A stretch of DNA of 63,825 nucleotides, filler included. It is 4 parts of 4 records of this genome, joined end to end, with 100 filler letters (N's around TTAATTAATTAA, not from the genome) between each part and the next. Parts side by side here need not be neighbours in the genome. Positions count along the whole stretch, not along the records: positions 35,168 to 56,422 come from DRR723986_3443; 3 more parts are not named here. One strand, 5' to 3'. The translations under genes were made by a program, and so were the position numbers. The notes beneath the pieces were generated by a model. That model was not told the DNA's origin, did no database searches, and saw only the letters and a list, made by a program, of their open reading frames with translations. Positions 40,708-51,969 of the stretch are shown here, piece by piece (the first letter of the stretch is position 1; each line of letters opens with the position of its first letter).

Positions 40708-41949
40708 TCAGTCCAGCTTGCTGAAAATCAGCGAGCCGTTGGTACCACCGAATCCAAAGGAATTACTGAGTACGCTGTGGATAGGACGCTCCTGGGCGGT
40801 GTGGGGAACGTAGTTGAGGTTGCAGCCCTCTGCCGGGTTGTCCAGGTTGATGGTCGGTGGTGCCACCTGGTCGCGAATGGCGAGCACCGAGAAAATAGCC
40901 TCGACTGCGCCGGCGGCTCCCAGCAGGTGCCCGATCATCGACTTGGTTGAACTAACCGCCACCTGCTCCGCGGCACTGCCCAGCACCCTGGCGACCGCGA
41001 GACTTTCCGCTACGTCACCGGCAGGTGTCGAGGTACCGTGAGCATTCACGTAGTTGATTTGTTCAGCAGCCAGGCCTGAATCCAGCAAAGCATTGTGCAT
41101 CGAGGCAGCCGCGCCGCGGCCGTCCTCCGGCGGCAAGGTCATGTGGTAGGCATCACCGCTCATGCCGAAACCGGTCAGCTCGGCATATATGTTCGCGCCA
41201 CGCGCCTTCGCTGCTTCGTACTCCTCAAGCAGCATCACCCCGGCACCGTCACCAAGCACGAACCCGTCGCGGTCGCGGTCCCAGGGGCGGGACGCCCGCT
41301 CCGGCTCGTCGTTGCGGGTCGACAGTGCGCGTGCAGCGGCAAAACCGCCAAGCCCTACCGGGGTGGTAGCCATTTCGGCACCACCCACCAGCATGGCATC
41401 CGCGTCACCCTGGGCAATCAGTCGCGCACCCAGGCCGATGTTATGTGTGCCGGTGGTACAAGCTGTTACCAGGGCGAGGTTCGGCCCCTGCATGTTATAC
41501 TTTACTGACAGATTACCGGCAATCATGTTGATGATCGATCCCGGCACGAAAAAGGGTGAGATCTTGCGAGGCCCCGAGTGCTCTACTATATGGGTGTTTT
41601 TTTCGATCTGCCCGATACCACCGATCCCGGAACCGATGGCGCAGCCGACCCGGCCCGCATTGGCCTCGGTAACTTCGAAACCGGAATCCTCGATCGCCTG
41701 GATGCCTGCCGCCATACCAAACTGAACGAATACGTCCATTTTGCGGGCGTCTTTCGCCGCCATGTACAGGGTCGCATCAAAATCCTTGACGCTGGCACTG
41801 AACCGGGTGCTATAAGCCGAAACGTCAAAAGCCTCAATGGGCGCTACGCCGCTCTTGCCGGCAACGATATTGGCCCAGGTTTCGGCCACCGTCAGCCCCA
41901 CAGGGCTCACCATACCCAGCCCGGTCACAACGACACGTCTGCCCCTCAC
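40708..41949 (-). CDS. fabF: 3-oxoacyl-ACP synthase II
   Basis: [32 protein letters not shown]. Confidence 0.96.
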   Translation of the reverse strand: MRGRRVVVTGLGMVSPVGLTVAETWANIVAGKSGVAPIEAFDVSAYSTRFSASVKDFDATLYMAAKDARKMDVFVQFGMAAGIQAIEDSGFEVTEANAGRVGCAIGSGIGGIGQIEKNTHIVEHSGPRKISPFFVPGSIINMIAGNLSVKYNMQGPNLALVTACTTGTHNIGLGARLIAQGDADAMLVGGAEMATTPVGLGGFAAARALSTRNDEPERASRPWDRDRDGFVLGDGAGVMLLEEYEAAKARGANIYAELTGFGMSGDAYHMTLPPEDGRGAAASMHNALLDSGLAAEQINYVNAHGTSTPAGDVAESLAVARVLGSAAEQVAVSSTKSMIGHLLGAAGAVEAIFSVLAIRDQVAPPTINLDNPAEGCNLNYVPHTAQERPIHSVLSNSFGFGGTNGSLIFSKLD

Positions 41950-41991
41950 AACGCTTACTCCACTTCGATCGGTTTACGGACAAGCATAAAT

Positions 41992-42030
41992 AAGAAAAGC
42001 CGCTCCATCAAAGACAGAAGCGGCTTTTTC
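41992..42030 (-). terminator. Terminator after acpP
   Basis: AAAAGCCGCT...AGCGGCTTTT. Confidence 0.7.
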
Positions 42031-42047
42031 AACTAGAGACGGTTAAA

Positions 42048-42284
42048 TCAGGCGAGGTTTTCGTTGATGTAATCGATCGCCAGTTTGACAGTCGTAATTT
42101 TCTCGGCTTCCTCATCAGGAATCTCGGTCTCGAATTCCTCTTCGAGAGCCATTACCAATTCAACAGTATCGAGTGAGTCTGCGCCCAGGTCTTCCACAAA
42201 GGATGCCTCGGTCTGGACTTCATCTTCCTTGACGCCCAGTTGCTCTGCAACGATCTTCTTTACGCGTTCTTCAATGCTGCTCAT
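42048..42284 (-). CDS. acpP: Acyl carrier protein
   Basis: [20 protein letters not shown]; start ATG 42284. Confidence 0.98.
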   Translation of the reverse strand: MSSIEERVKKIVAEQLGVKEDEVQTEASFVEDLGADSLDTVELVMALEEEFETEIPDEEAEKITTVKLAIDYINENLA

Positions 42285-42425
42285 GATTATTGGATTCTCC
42301 TGAATTGTGTAGAGAGACAAACCTTGTCAATTGGCCTCAGAGCGCATTTTACTCTGATTTTTCCGATGAGTAATAATTTTTTTTCCGATCATTCCAATCC
42401 AGCCGCGGCGCTGTGTTTCCGCGGC

Positions 42426-43169
42426 TCAGGCCATGTACATGCCGCCGTTGACATGAATCGTCTCCCCGGTGACATAGGCCGCTGATTCCGAACACAGAAA
42501 TGCCACCACAGCGGCGATCTCATCCGGCGCGCCGAGCCGCCCCAGCGGGATCTGTCCCAGCAGGGCGTCGCGCTGGGCATCCGCCAGCTCGCGGGTCATG
42601 TCGGTGTCGATAAAACCCGGGGCCACGCAGTTGACGGTCACCGCACGGGACCCCAGCTCGCGGGCCAGCGCCCGGGCGAAGCCCTCGGCACCGGCCTTGG
42701 TGGCGGCGTAGTTACTCTGCCCGATATTCCCCATGGAGCCGACCACCGAGGTGATATTGACAATACGGCCCCAGCGCGCCTTTGTCATACCACGCAAACA
42801 GGCCTTGCTGACCCGATACAGCGCATTGAGGTTGGTATTGATTACAGCATCCCATTCATCGGCTTTCATCCGCATCAGAATATTGTCGCGGGTGATACCG
42901 GCGTTGTTGACCAGGACCAGGGGGGCACCATACTCGCTGGTGATCGACTTAATGACGCCCTCTACACTGTCGCTGTCAGCGACATCCAGGGTCATTCCGC
43001 AACCATTGTTGCCCGTCGCCGACAGGTAGGCCGAGATCTGCTCGGCGCCACTGTCGCTGGTGGCGGTTCCTATCACCAGCAGACCGTCAGCAGCCAGCTG
43101 GCTCGCGATGGCCTTGCCGATACCCCGGCTGGCGCCCGTTACCAGTGCCACTTTCTGCTGTTCACTCAT
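42426..43169 (-). CDS. fabG: 3-oxoacyl-ACP reductase
   Basis: TGASRGIG, NNAGITRD, NYAATK, VNGGMYM. Confidence 0.97.
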   Translation of the reverse strand: MSEQQKVALVTGASRGIGKAIASQLAADGLLVIGTATSDSGAEQISAYLSATGNNGCGMTLDVADSDSVEGVIKSITSEYGAPLVLVNNAGITRDNILMRMKADEWDAVINTNLNALYRVSKACLRGMTKARWGRIVNITSVVGSMGNIGQSNYAATKAGAEGFARALARELGSRAVTVNCVAPGFIDTDMTRELADAQRDALLGQIPLGRLGAPDEIAAVVAFLCSESAAYVTGETIHVNGGMYMA

Positions 43170-43194
43170 TGCAAGTCTCCATTACAAAAAACAC

Positions 43195-44148
43195 TCAACC
43201 GAGCTGTGACACCGCGGACCGGAGATCCTCGGATGCCTCCAGGGCATGGGATACCAGGGATTCGTCGATGCGCCGGTTGAGACCGCTGAGCACTTTGCCG
43301 GGGCCGCATTCAGCTACGTCCACGACATCCATCGCCACCATTGCCCCCACACAGCGGGTCCACAGTACGGGCGAATAAATCTGCTCAACCAGCAGGCTGC
43401 GAATCTTCTCGGGATCTGTCTCGGCAGCCGCATGCACATTATGAATGACCGGCACCTGCGGTGCGGCCAGCGTGATATCGGCGATTGCTTCAGCCAACTT
43501 CTCACCCGCGGGCTTCATCAATTCAGTATGGAATGGCGCGCTCACCGGCAGCGGCAGCGCCCGCTTGGCGCCGGCGGCCTTGAGCGCCTCAATCGCGGCG
43601 TCGACTGCGGCACAGCGACCTGCGATTACCACCTGCCCGGGGGAGTTATAGTTGACGGCGGCGACTGTGCCGTGCGTTTGCGCCGTTTCGGCGCAGATGG
43701 CGTTGATGCGCTCATCCTCCAGGCCGATGATGGCAGCCATCGAGCCCTCGCCCACCGGGACGGCTGCCTGCATAAACGCACCCCGCTGCCGGACCAGTTG
43801 CACCGCATCGGCAAAGCCGATGGAACCGGCACAGACCAGGGCAGAAAACTCGCCCAAACTGTGCCCCGCCATGACTGCCGGTGACTTGCCGCCCTCTGCC
43901 AGCCAGGCCCGCCACAGAGCAACACTGGCAGTAAGCAGTACTGGCTGGGTGGTCTCGGTCATATTGAGCGCATCCTGCTCGCCCGCCTGAACCAGTTGCC
44001 ACATATCATAGCCGAGCACGTCAGAGGCCTCGGCGAAAGTATTCCTCACCGCCTCAAACGCTGCATAGGCATCGGCGAGCATGCCCACTTTCTGGGAGCC
44101 CTGTCCGGGAAATACAAAGGCGAATTTGCTGGCTGCCATCGGTTTCAT
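43195..44148 (-). CDS. fabD: Malonyl-CoA:ACP transacylase
   Basis: FPGQGSQ, GHSLGE, VSAPFH. The start may be 44139. Confidence 0.96.
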   Translation of the reverse strand: MKPMAASKFAFVFPGQGSQKVGMLADAYAAFEAVRNTFAEASDVLGYDMWQLVQAGEQDALNMTETTQPVLLTASVALWRAWLAEGGKSPAVMAGHSLGEFSALVCAGSIGFADAVQLVRQRGAFMQAAVPVGEGSMAAIIGLEDERINAICAETAQTHGTVAAVNYNSPGQVVIAGRCAAVDAAIEALKAAGAKRALPLPVSAPFHTELMKPAGEKLAEAIADITLAAPQVPVIHNVHAAAETDPEKIRSLLVEQIYSPVLWTRCVGAMVAMDVVDVAECGPGKVLSGLNRRIDESLVSHALEASEDLRSAVSQLG

Positions 44149-44261
44149 CCTCTGGTTTGGTCAGGTAGGAGTAAGAGCTGGAACCTGGCGGAGGGAAAAC
44201 GCACCAGGGCGGAGTCCGGGAAAGCCGGCCGCAATGTTGACAGCGCTCGCAGGCTGTCGCA

Positions 44262-44290
44262 CAACAAGAAGCGGAGGCCGAAGCCTCCGC
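44262..44290 (-). terminator. Terminator after rpmF
   Basis: GCGGAGGC-CGAA-GCCTCCGC, followed on the minus strand by TTCTTGTTGT. Confidence 0.65.
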
Positions 44291-44363
44291 GAATAGAATC
44301 AACGGTTAGTGCAACCGTCGGGATCATGGAACAGCGAAGCGCCGCTCGCCGTGACCCCGCTAC

Positions 44364-44546
44364 CTAGTCGTCCTGACCAGTTTCTACGACTTTCTTGCCG
44401 CGATAGAAACCATCAGCACTGATGTGGTGCCGGCGATGGGTTTCGCCAGAGGTTTGATCCACGCTCAGGGTAGAACCCGAGAGGGAATCATGTGCCCGAC
44501 GCATGCCGCGACGCGAGCGGGTCTTTTTGTTCTTCTGAACAGCCAT
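44364..44546 (-). CDS. rpmF: 50S ribosomal protein L32
   Basis: [20 protein letters not shown]. Confidence 0.97.
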   Translation of the reverse strand: MAVQKNKKTRSRRGMRRAHDSLSGSTLSVDQTSGETHRRHHISADGFYRGKKVVETGQDD

Positions 44547-44549
44547 GTC

Positions 44550-45086
44550 TTACTCCTGTTTTTCCTCGCCCGGCTTCAGTTGTGCCAGGACATCAAATGG
44601 GTTGGCGCGCTGCGGGCTCACTCCCTGCTCGGGAACGTCTTCGCCCAGCGCTACCAACAATTCATTACACGCGGTGTCCTCGTGGTAACTGAAGGGCGGC
44701 ATCGCCAACATCAGTTCTTCTTCCACCAGTTCCCACAAATCCGTCTGTTCACCGGTCACCAGTGGGTCGAGATAGCTCGGCAATTGCCGCGCCTTTTCAT
44801 CGTCCCACACTGCCGCCAGTCGATTGCTGCAGGTAAGGCTCGTGGTCATGGCTTCCAGGCACCGTTGGCACCACACCTCAACCCGGGCTGTCACCGTGAC
44901 AGCAACAATACTGCGATTTTCTTCATCCCGGGAGAACGCCAGTTCCGCCTCGATCTCGCCTGAATCACCGGCCAGAACGCTGCGAAAACGAGGCAAATCC
45001 TGCGGCCTCAGCGCTCCCCTGATACTCACTTCACGCCCCGCCGCCTTGCGGACATCCAGGGTGTTAGGGAGGGGGTCCTTCAACAT
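44550..45086 (-). CDS. yceD: YceD/DUF177 family protein
   Basis: CQRCL, VEEELMLAMP, NPFDVL; upstream of rpmF. Confidence 0.93.
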   Translation of the reverse strand: MLKDPLPNTLDVRKAAGREVSIRGALRPQDLPRFRSVLAGDSGEIEAELAFSRDEENRSIVAVTVTARVEVWCQRCLEAMTTSLTCSNRLAAVWDDEKARQLPSYLDPLVTGEQTDLWELVEEELMLAMPPFSYHEDTACNELLVALGEDVPEQGVSPQRANPFDVLAQLKPGEEKQE

Positions 45087-45195
45087 AGGCGCGCATCATA
45101 GGGACGGATTCCATTCTTGTCAAAAAAATCTTTAAAATACAAACAGTTCACTCGCTTATTCACAGGCACCGGTTCGCCGGTTCAGAAGGCATGCC

Positions 45196-45780
45196 ATGAC
45201 CCTCTTGCTCGCCAGCAGTTCACCCTACCGCAAACGCCTGTTGCAGCGCCTGCAATTACCCTTCAGCTGCCAGGCTCCCGACATCGATGAAAGTCCTCGC
45301 CCGGGGGAAACCCCCATGACCCTCGCAGCCCGTTTAGCCACGGAAAAGGCCGCCGCCATCGGTCGCCGGCACCCGGATGCCACCATCATCGGCAGTGACC
45401 AGGTCGCCAGCCTGGATGGCAGGCTGCTCGGCAAGCCCGGCGACCCAGAGAATGCCAGGCGCCAGTTGCGAGCAAGCGCCGGACGCAGCGTGGTTTTTTA
45501 CACCGGCCTGGCGGTGCAGCCGGCGGCTGGGGCCCCGGCCCTGGTCCACGTGGAACCCTTCACCGTGCACTTCAGGCAACTGACGGATGCGGAAATTGCC
45601 GATTACGTGGCCCGCGAGCAGCCGCTGGACTGCGCAGGCAGTTTCAAGTGGGAGAGCCTGGGCATCGCCCTGTTCACAGCGCTGGAGGGAGAGGACCCTA
45701 CCAGCCTCGAGGGCTTGCCCCTGATCGCCCTGGTCCGACTGCTCGGCGAGGCTGGCTACCCGGTGCTTGCCAGGGGCTGA
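45196..45780 (+). CDS. maf: Maf family nucleotide pyrophosphatase (YceF type)
   Basis: LASSSPYRK, GSDQV, GKP, CAGSFK. Confidence 0.93.
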   Translation: MTLLLASSSPYRKRLLQRLQLPFSCQAPDIDESPRPGETPMTLAARLATEKAAAIGRRHPDATIIGSDQVASLDGRLLGKPGDPENARRQLRASAGRSVVFYTGLAVQPAAGAPALVHVEPFTVHFRQLTDAEIADYVAREQPLDCAGSFKWESLGIALFTALEGEDPTSLEGLPLIALVRLLGEAGYPVLARG

Positions 45781-45842
45781 GGGCAGCATCGAGGGCGCCA
45801 TGAAGCCCGCTATAAGGTTCCGTATTATCCTATATATATTAG

Positions 45843-46799
45843 CTAGTTACGGAGCTTATCGAGAATCTGCTCAAGCTCGGAGTCCAGCGGCGCGGCAAAA
45901 TTGAGGCGCCCCGAATCCGGCATACTCACGGTCAGGGACTTCGCGTGCAGGAACAGCCGCTTCAGGCCCAGCTCCCGGGCCAGGGCGTTCGCGGCATCAT
46001 CGGCGTATTTGTCGTCACCCAGCAGCGGGAAACCGGCAAACTGGGCGTGGACACGGATCTGATGGGTACGCCCGGTGATGGGCTTGGCCTCTATCAGGGT
46101 CGCAGCGCCAAACCGCTCTACCACGCTGAACTCGGTCGCTGCTTTTTTCCCGTCCCGCGCCACCCGGACCATGCGCTCGCCCGACTGCAGGGTGTTTTTC
46201 TGCAGCGGCGCCTCCACCAGGTGCTTGTGCCGGGGCCACTGGCCGGCCACCAGGGCGAGGTACCGCTTATCTACCCGGTCCTCACGGAGTTGGCGGTGCA
46301 GCTCCCGCAGGAGGGCAGCCTTGCGGGCGATCATGATCAAACCCGAGGTATCCCGGTCAAGCCGGTGAACCAGTTCCAGGTAGCGGTCATCCGGCCGCAT
46401 CTGGCGCAGGCACTCGATGAGGCCAAAGTTCAGCCCGCTGCCGCCGTGAACGGCCAGCCCCGAGGGCTTGTTGATCACCAGCAGGCCGTCATTCTCGAAG
46501 ACAATGCGGCGGGACAATTCGTCGAACCAGTATCCCGGGATCCGCGGCGCCTCGCCCTGCTCTGCCTCCCGAATCGGCGGGATACGCAGGACGTCGCCTT
46601 CCTGCAGGCGATAATCTGCTCGCGCCCGCCCTTTATTCACCCTGAACTCACCCTTGCGCAGCCCCCGGTAAATACGGGTTTTGGGTACGCCGTTCAAGGT
46701 TCTCAGCAGGAAATTGTCGAGGCGCTGGCCCCCACCGTGTTCGTCGACGGTGATAAACCTTACCCCCACGCCCCTGCCCGGACTGGCCGTATCGGTCAC
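45843..46799 (-). CDS. rluC: 23S rRNA pseudouridine synthase C
   Basis: QRLDNFL S4 domain, HRLDRDTSG, GRTHQIRVH. The start (GTG 46799) is approximate. Confidence 0.95.
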   Translation of the reverse strand: MTDTASPGRGVGVRFITVDEHGGGQRLDNFLLRTLNGVPKTRIYRGLRKGEFRVNKGRARADYRLQEGDVLRIPPIREAEQGEAPRIPGYWFDELSRRIVFENDGLLVINKPSGLAVHGGSGLNFGLIECLRQMRPDDRYLELVHRLDRDTSGLIMIARKAALLRELHRQLREDRVDKRYLALVAGQWPRHKHLVEAPLQKNTLQSGERMVRVARDGKKAATEFSVVERFGAATLIEAKPITGRTHQIRVHAQFAGFPLLGDDKYADDAANALARELGLKRLFLHAKSLTVSMPDSGRLNFAAPLDSELEQILDKLRN

Positions 46800-47367
46800 T
46801 TCTTCTGAATTCCGTATAAATTTGAAGTACTTAGCATTTACTGGTACAGTCCGTCTGTCGTGCCCCAAGCCGGCGGAGGTCAACGTTACCGCCCGCGGCA
46901 CTTCCACCCCCTGCTAACAGCGTGGGACGGTCCAGAATACACCGTTCAGCCAGGGCCGGCACGACAATGACAAGGATGCCGCCGCGCCCGGTGCACGGGT
47001 TTCGGCCCACTGCTCCCACCGACCATCTGGAAGACGCAGCGCGACGGCAACGATATTAACCGAGCAGGTTGAACTGCCGGGAAACAGAATCAGTTACGGA
47101 AAGGAAGCGCTGTCGCTTGCCTCAGGTGGGGCGACACTACCAAAAAGGCTGAACGGGTACCACTGGTACCGGCTCAGTGCGCTGTGCGGTTGCTCGATCA
47201 AAGGCAAGCGCGAAACTGCAAAGCACCTGGGCGTAAGACCTCACTGGGCGAAGGCATCCGGCGAACAGCCGAGACGCACAACCCCGTGGATCATATGACC
47301 GGCAACTGCCGGCTTTGTCCTGATTCCTCCCGCCAGGCCTGTTCTATAAAAAGGCTTATGGCTCATC

Positions 47368-50079
47368 ATGAAAAAAATGCTAATCAATGCCACGCAACCC
47401 GAAGAGATGCGTGTCGCCCTCGTAGACGGTCAGCGCTTATACGATCTGGACATCGAAAACCGCACCCGTCTGCAAAAGAAATCCAACGTTTATAAAGGCA
47501 AAATCACCCGTGTCGAGCCCAGCCTCGAGGCGGCATTCGTCGAGTTCGGCGCCGAGCGTCACGGCTTCCTGCCGCTGAAAGAGATCGCCCGAGAGTATTT
47601 CTACCGCAACCCCGGTGACACCGAGGGCCGCCTGAAGATCAGGGACGTGGTCAAGGAAGGCACTGAAGTGGTGGTCCAGGTCGACAAGGAGGAGCGCGGC
47701 AACAAAGGTGCAGCACTCACCACTTTCATCAGCCTCGCCGGCCGTTACATGGTGCTGATGCCCAACAACCCACGGGCCGGCGGCATCTCGCGCCGTATTG
47801 AAGGAGACGATCGCAGCGAGCTGAAAGATGCTCTCAGTGCCCTGCAAATCCCCAACGGCATGGGTGTGATCATCCGCACCGCCGGCGTCGGCCGGTCTCC
47901 GGAAGAACTGCAGTGGGACCTCAATTACCTGCTGCAACTCTGGGAAGCTATCACCACCGCGAACGATGAAAACAAGGCACCGATCCTGCTTTACCAGGAG
48001 AGCAATGTCATCATCCGGGCCATCCGCGATTACCTGCGCGATGATGTAGACCAGGTGCTTATCGACTCGGCCGATGCCTTCAAGCAGGCCACTGATTTCG
48101 TCACCATGGTGATGCCGCAATACCTGAACCGGATCAAGCTGTACGAAGACAGCATCCCCCTGTTCAACCGCTTCCAGATCGAGTCCCAGATCGAAACTGC
48201 CTTTGAGCGTGAAGTAAGACTGCCTTCCGGCGGCTCCATCGTCATCGACCCCACCGAGGCGCTGATCTCCATCGACATCAACTCCTCCCGCGCCACCAAG
48301 GGTTCCGACATCGAACAAACCGCATTGCAGACCAATCTCGAAGCAGCCGACGAGATCGCCCGCCAGCTTCGCCTGCGGGACATGGGCGGCCTGGTGGTCA
48401 TTGATTTCATCGATATGCTCGCCGCCCGCAACCAGCGGGCGGTAGAAAACCGGATGCGCGACGCGCTGGCCGTGGATCGCGCCAGAGTCCAGGTGGGTCG
48501 TATCTCCCGCTTCGGCCTGCTGGAGATGTCACGCCAACGTCTGCGTCCCTCCCTGGGCGAAACCAGCGCCATCGTCTGCCCCCGCTGCACCGGCCAGGGC
48601 GCAATCCGCGACACCAAGTCCCTGGCCCTGTCTATCCTCCGCCTGCTTGAAGAAGAGGCGATCAAGGAGCGCAGCGCCGAGGTACGCGCCATTGTTCCGG
48701 TTGACGTGGCCGCCTACCTGTTGAATGAAAAACGCGCTGCCCTGAGCGAGATAGAGCAGGTCACCCGGGCGCGGCTGCTGGTTATCCCGAATCCCAACCT
48801 TGAGACGCCGCACTTCGAACTCAAGCGCCTGCGCGATGACGAAGTCGAGGGCGATCATGAAACCAGCTACAAGATCGACATCACGGTCCCCGAGGCCGAT
48901 GCGATCAGCGACACCCACAGCGCTGATATCCCTCAGCAGAAAGCCGTGGTCCAGCCGCTGACGCCCGAAGCCCGTCCTCCGGAGCCGACAGAACAGCCTG
49001 CCGCCAGCGCTGCAAGCAAGCCGGCGAGCGGCAAAAAGCCGGCAAATCGTTCTGCGCGCAGCAAAGCGCCCGTGGCAGCTCCTGCCCCCGGCCTCCTGGC
49101 CCGGATGTGGAACGCCATTGTCGGCACCGAGCCGGCGGCGGAAGAAGCCGCGCCGAAGAAAAAAGAGCAGAAGCAAACGGCTACTGACAAGCCCAAGCGC
49201 AGCTCTGCCGACAGCCGCAACAAGCAAGGTGAACGCAGCGAAGGCGGTAATCGCAGCCGCGGTCGCAACCGCAACCGCAATCGCAAGCGTCGCCCGGAGT
49301 CCGAGGCAGCTGATAGCCAGCAGCAAGGAAACACCCGGACGGAGGATCGCGAGGACAAGGAACCACGCCGGGACGGTCAACGTAAGTCCGGCAGCGGCCG
49401 CAGGAACGAGCGCAAACCGCGCGAAGAGCGGGTCGAGGATGTGGTGACCACGGAAGATGTGGACGCCCAGGACACCGCTAACGACGGCGAGAAACCCCGC
49501 AAGCGCCCCAACGACATGAAACGTGGTGAACCGCGCCGTCGTCGCCGCAACCGGGGCCCACGGCCTGACTCAGCAGCCAATGGCGAAGCGCCAGCAGCGG
49601 ATGTCGATACGGTAACTGAATCGGCTCCCGAACCGATCACGGCCCAGGAGCCCGCTCCCCAGCCAGCGGAACTGCCGGCAGTAGAAGAACAGGCCACACA
49701 GCCCGAAACGGCCGTGGAGCAGCCGGTCGTCGCAGCTGCTGTCACTGAGGAAGCCGAACCCGCGCCTGTGGCGCCAGCTGAAGTAAAAGCGGCAGAGCCA
49801 GCGCCGAAGCCTGAGCCCGCAGCCGAAAAGCCGGCACCCAGCGCGCCAGCGCAGCCAGATACCAGCGGCCTGACAGCGGACGGCAAAGCGCTCAATGACC
49901 CGCGGATCAACCCGGTCCCGGTGGCGGCGATTGCGATCGAGACAGGCCGACCGGTGCTGTTCACCGGGGTCGAAGCGCCACCGGTTGCCGCCAGTACCCG
50001 CCTGGTTCCACGGGCGATCAACGACCCCCGTGGCCCGCTGCAGGCAGCGGAGCCCCTGCAGGAGGCCGCGCAGGGCTGA
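47368..50079 (+). CDS. rne: Ribonuclease E
   Basis: [31 protein letters not shown] Zn-link, amphipathic [12 protein letters not shown], disordered C-terminus. Confidence 0.97.
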   Translation: MKKMLINATQPEEMRVALVDGQRLYDLDIENRTRLQKKSNVYKGKITRVEPSLEAAFVEFGAERHGFLPLKEIAREYFYRNPGDTEGRLKIRDVVKEGTEVVVQVDKEERGNKGAALTTFISLAGRYMVLMPNNPRAGGISRRIEGDDRSELKDALSALQIPNGMGVIIRTAGVGRSPEELQWDLNYLLQLWEAITTANDENKAPILLYQESNVIIRAIRDYLRDDVDQVLIDSADAFKQATDFVTMVMPQYLNRIKLYEDSIPLFNRFQIESQIETAFEREVRLPSGGSIVIDPTEALISIDINSSRATKGSDIEQTALQTNLEAADEIARQLRLRDMGGLVVIDFIDMLAARNQRAVENRMRDALAVDRARVQVGRISRFGLLEMSRQRLRPSLGETSAIVCPRCTGQGAIRDTKSLALSILRLLEEEAIKERSAEVRAIVPVDVAAYLLNEKRAALSEIEQVTRARLLVIPNPNLETPHFELKRLRDDEVEGDHETSYKIDITVPEADAISDTHSADIPQQKAVVQPLTPEARPPEPTEQPAASAASKPASGKKPANRSARSKAPVAAPAPGLLARMWNAIVGTEPAAEEAAPKKKEQKQTATDKPKRSSADSRNKQGERSEGGNRSRGRNRNRNRKRRPESEAADSQQQGNTRTEDREDKEPRRDGQRKSGSGRRNERKPREERVEDVVTTEDVDAQDTANDGEKPRKRPNDMKRGEPRRRRRNRGPRPDSAANGEAPAADVDTVTESAPEPITAQEPAPQPAELPAVEEQATQPETAVEQPVVAAAVTEEAEPAPVAPAEVKAAEPAPKPEPAAEKPAPSAPAQPDTSGLTADGKALNDPRINPVPVAAIAIETGRPVLFTGVEAPPVAASTRLVPRAINDPRGPLQAAEPLQEAAQG

Positions 50080-50106
50080 TAGAGGGAGTTTGCCGGCACC
50101 CTGCCC

Positions 50107-50140
50107 TTGTGTCGGCAATCCTAAACGGTATAATCCCGCC
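50107..50140 (+). promoter_or_regulatory. tRNA promoter
   Basis: TTGTGT, 16 bp spacer, TATAAT, then CCCGCC discriminator. Confidence 0.65.
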
Positions 50141-50171
50141 TGCTCCGCGCAGGCGCGGACACACACTATCC

Positions 50172-50261
50172 GGTGGGCTGGCTGAGCGGTCGAAAGCGGC
50201 GGTCTTGAAAACCGTTGAGGGTTTATCCCCTCCGAAGGTTCGAATCCTTCGCCCACCGCCA
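50172..50261 (+). tRNA. tRNA-Ser(TGA)
   Basis: GGTGGGC acceptor stem, anticodon arm GCGGT-CTTGAAA-ACCGT, long variable arm, GGTTCGAATCC, terminal GCCA. Confidence 0.97.
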
Positions 50262-50266
50262 TTTAG

Positions 50267-50299
50267 AAAGCCCAGGTAAGTTTGTTACCTGGGCTTTTT
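50267..50299 (+). terminator. Terminator after tRNA-Ser
   Basis: AAAGCCCAGGTAA-GTTTG-TTACCTGGGCTTTTT. Confidence 0.85.
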
Positions 50300-50471
50300 A
50301 CTTTCAGGCGGCAAGCGAGCGAACAAGCACCCGGGGCCAATCCGCCAACACTCGCCAACCCTGCGCGCAACAATACCCCCACAAATCTCCGGGTTGGAAT
50401 TTGGATCTTTCGCCCCTATTATTGGTCATACAAGTGTCGCACCTCGCGTGCACGGCGTTATGGAGTAAGTA

Positions 50472-51146
50472 ATGCAAGAGAAAAGTTTGTACGACATCAA
50501 TACAGCGGGCATGGATTCTGTTCTCAGCACCAACAAGGTACTGAAGAACACCTACATGCTGTTGGGCATGACCCTGCTGTTCAGCACTGTCACTGCAGGC
50601 ATCTCGATGGCAATGGGGCTCGGCCACGGCATGGCCCTGATCCTGTCCCTGGTGGGTTTCGGCCTGCTGTTCGTGGTCAATCGCACGGCTGACAGCAGCA
50701 AGGGTCTGCTGGCCATTTTCGCCTTCACCGGCGTTATGGGCGCCTCGATCGGTCCGATGCTCAACCACTACCTCGCCATGCCCGGCGGCCCGGCCCTGGT
50801 CATGCAGGCACTGGGTGGCACAGCCCTGGTGTTTTTTGGCCTCTCTGCCTACGCACTGACGACCCGCAAGGACTTCTCCTACATGGGCGGCTTCCTGATG
50901 GTGGGCTTGCTGGTGGCTGTAGTGGCGATGATCGCCAATATCTTCCTGGCGATTCCCGCCCTGTCGCTGACCATTTCCGCTGCGGTGGTCATGATCATGT
51001 CCGGCCTGATCCTGTTTGACACCAGCCGGATCATCAATGGCGGCGAAACCAACTACATCCGTGCCACGGTGGCGCTGTACCTGGACATCTACAACCTGTT
51101 CATCCACCTGCTGCACCTGCTGACGGCATTGGGCGGTGATGACTGA
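50472..51146 (+). CDS. yccA: Bax inhibitor-1/YccA family membrane protein
   Basis: NKVLKNTYMLL, TRKDFS, GETNYIRATV.LYLDIYNLF. Confidence 0.94.
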   Translation: MQEKSLYDINTAGMDSVLSTNKVLKNTYMLLGMTLLFSTVTAGISMAMGLGHGMALILSLVGFGLLFVVNRTADSSKGLLAIFAFTGVMGASIGPMLNHYLAMPGGPALVMQALGGTALVFFGLSAYALTTRKDFSYMGGFLMVGLLVAVVAMIANIFLAIPALSLTISAAVVMIMSGLILFDTSRIINGGETNYIRATVALYLDIYNLFIHLLHLLTALGGDD

Positions 51147-51165
51147 CACCCAATCCGCTGAACTG

Positions 51166-51191
51166 AACCCCGGTGACTGCCGGGGTTTTTT
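51166..51191 (+). terminator. Terminator after yccA
   Basis: AACCCCGG-TGACTG-CCGGGGTTTTTT. Confidence 0.8.
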
Positions 51192-51209
51192 ATTTCTGGC
51201 GTCGGCACA

Positions 51210-51605
51210 ATGATTTACAGCCTCCTGATCCTGGCCTCACCTGCCTCCGGTAGCGCGAATATCACCGCCGCTCGCTTCGCAGGCGCTGTGCTTCAGGCCG
51301 GACACCAACTGGAGCGCGTCTTTTTCTATGATGACGGGGTGACCACCGGTCTCGCCACGCGCGTTGTCCCCCAGGATGAAACTGATCCGGTGAGCCTGTG
51401 GCGCGAACTGGCTGCGGAGCACGGCGTTGAGCTCGTGGTTTGCGTTGCGTCAGCGCTGCGCCGGGGTGTACTCGATGGAAAGGAAGCCGAGCGCTACGAG
51501 CAAGCGGCCGCTACCCTTGATCCGGCTTTCACGATCGGCGGCCTGGGACTGCTGATCGATTCAGTCTCGACCGTCGACCGGCTCATCAGCTTCGGACCGT
51601 CCTGA
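51210..51605 (+). CDS. tusD: Sulfur relay protein TusD (DsrE family)
   Basis: VFFYDDGV, VCVASALRRG, GGLG. Confidence 0.92.
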   Translation: MIYSLLILASPASGSANITAARFAGAVLQAGHQLERVFFYDDGVTTGLATRVVPQDETDPVSLWRELAAEHGVELVVCVASALRRGVLDGKEAERYEQAAATLDPAFTIGGLGLLIDSVSTVDRLISFGPS

Positions 51606-51608
51606 ACC

Positions 51609-51968
51609 ATGCCCGGCTCACTGCTCATAACCTTGCGCCAATCACCCTATGGTCACAGCCTGTCGCGGGCCGGCCTCGACCTCGCACTGGCTGCGGCCGC
51701 CTTTGACCAGAACGTGGCCCTGCTGTTTCTTGGCGATGGCGTCCTGCAACTGCTGCCCGACCAGGATGCCGGCGCGATCGGCCTGCGCAACCAGGGCAAG
51801 ACCCTGGCCTCGCTGCCCCTGTATGACGTTGAGACAGTCTACGCCGACGCCACAGCCCTGAGGCGCCACGCTATACCGGAGACCATGCTGCCCGATAACG
51901 TGCAGCTGGTGGAAAGCGACGCTATACGAACCCTGCTCAGCGGCGCCGACCACCTGGTGGGCTGCTGA
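51609..51968 (+). CDS. tusC: Sulfur relay protein TusC (DsrF family)
   Basis: SPYG..GLDLALA, FLGDGVLQL, LPLYD. Confidence 0.9.
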   Translation: MPGSLLITLRQSPYGHSLSRAGLDLALAAAAFDQNVALLFLGDGVLQLLPDQDAGAIGLRNQGKTLASLPLYDVETVYADATALRRHAIPETMLPDNVQLVESDAIRTLLSGADHLVGC

Positions 51969-51969
51969 G

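Noticed and set aside
49570-50262. Minus-strand 230-aa ORF
   Set aside because: It is antisense to rne and to tRNA-Ser.
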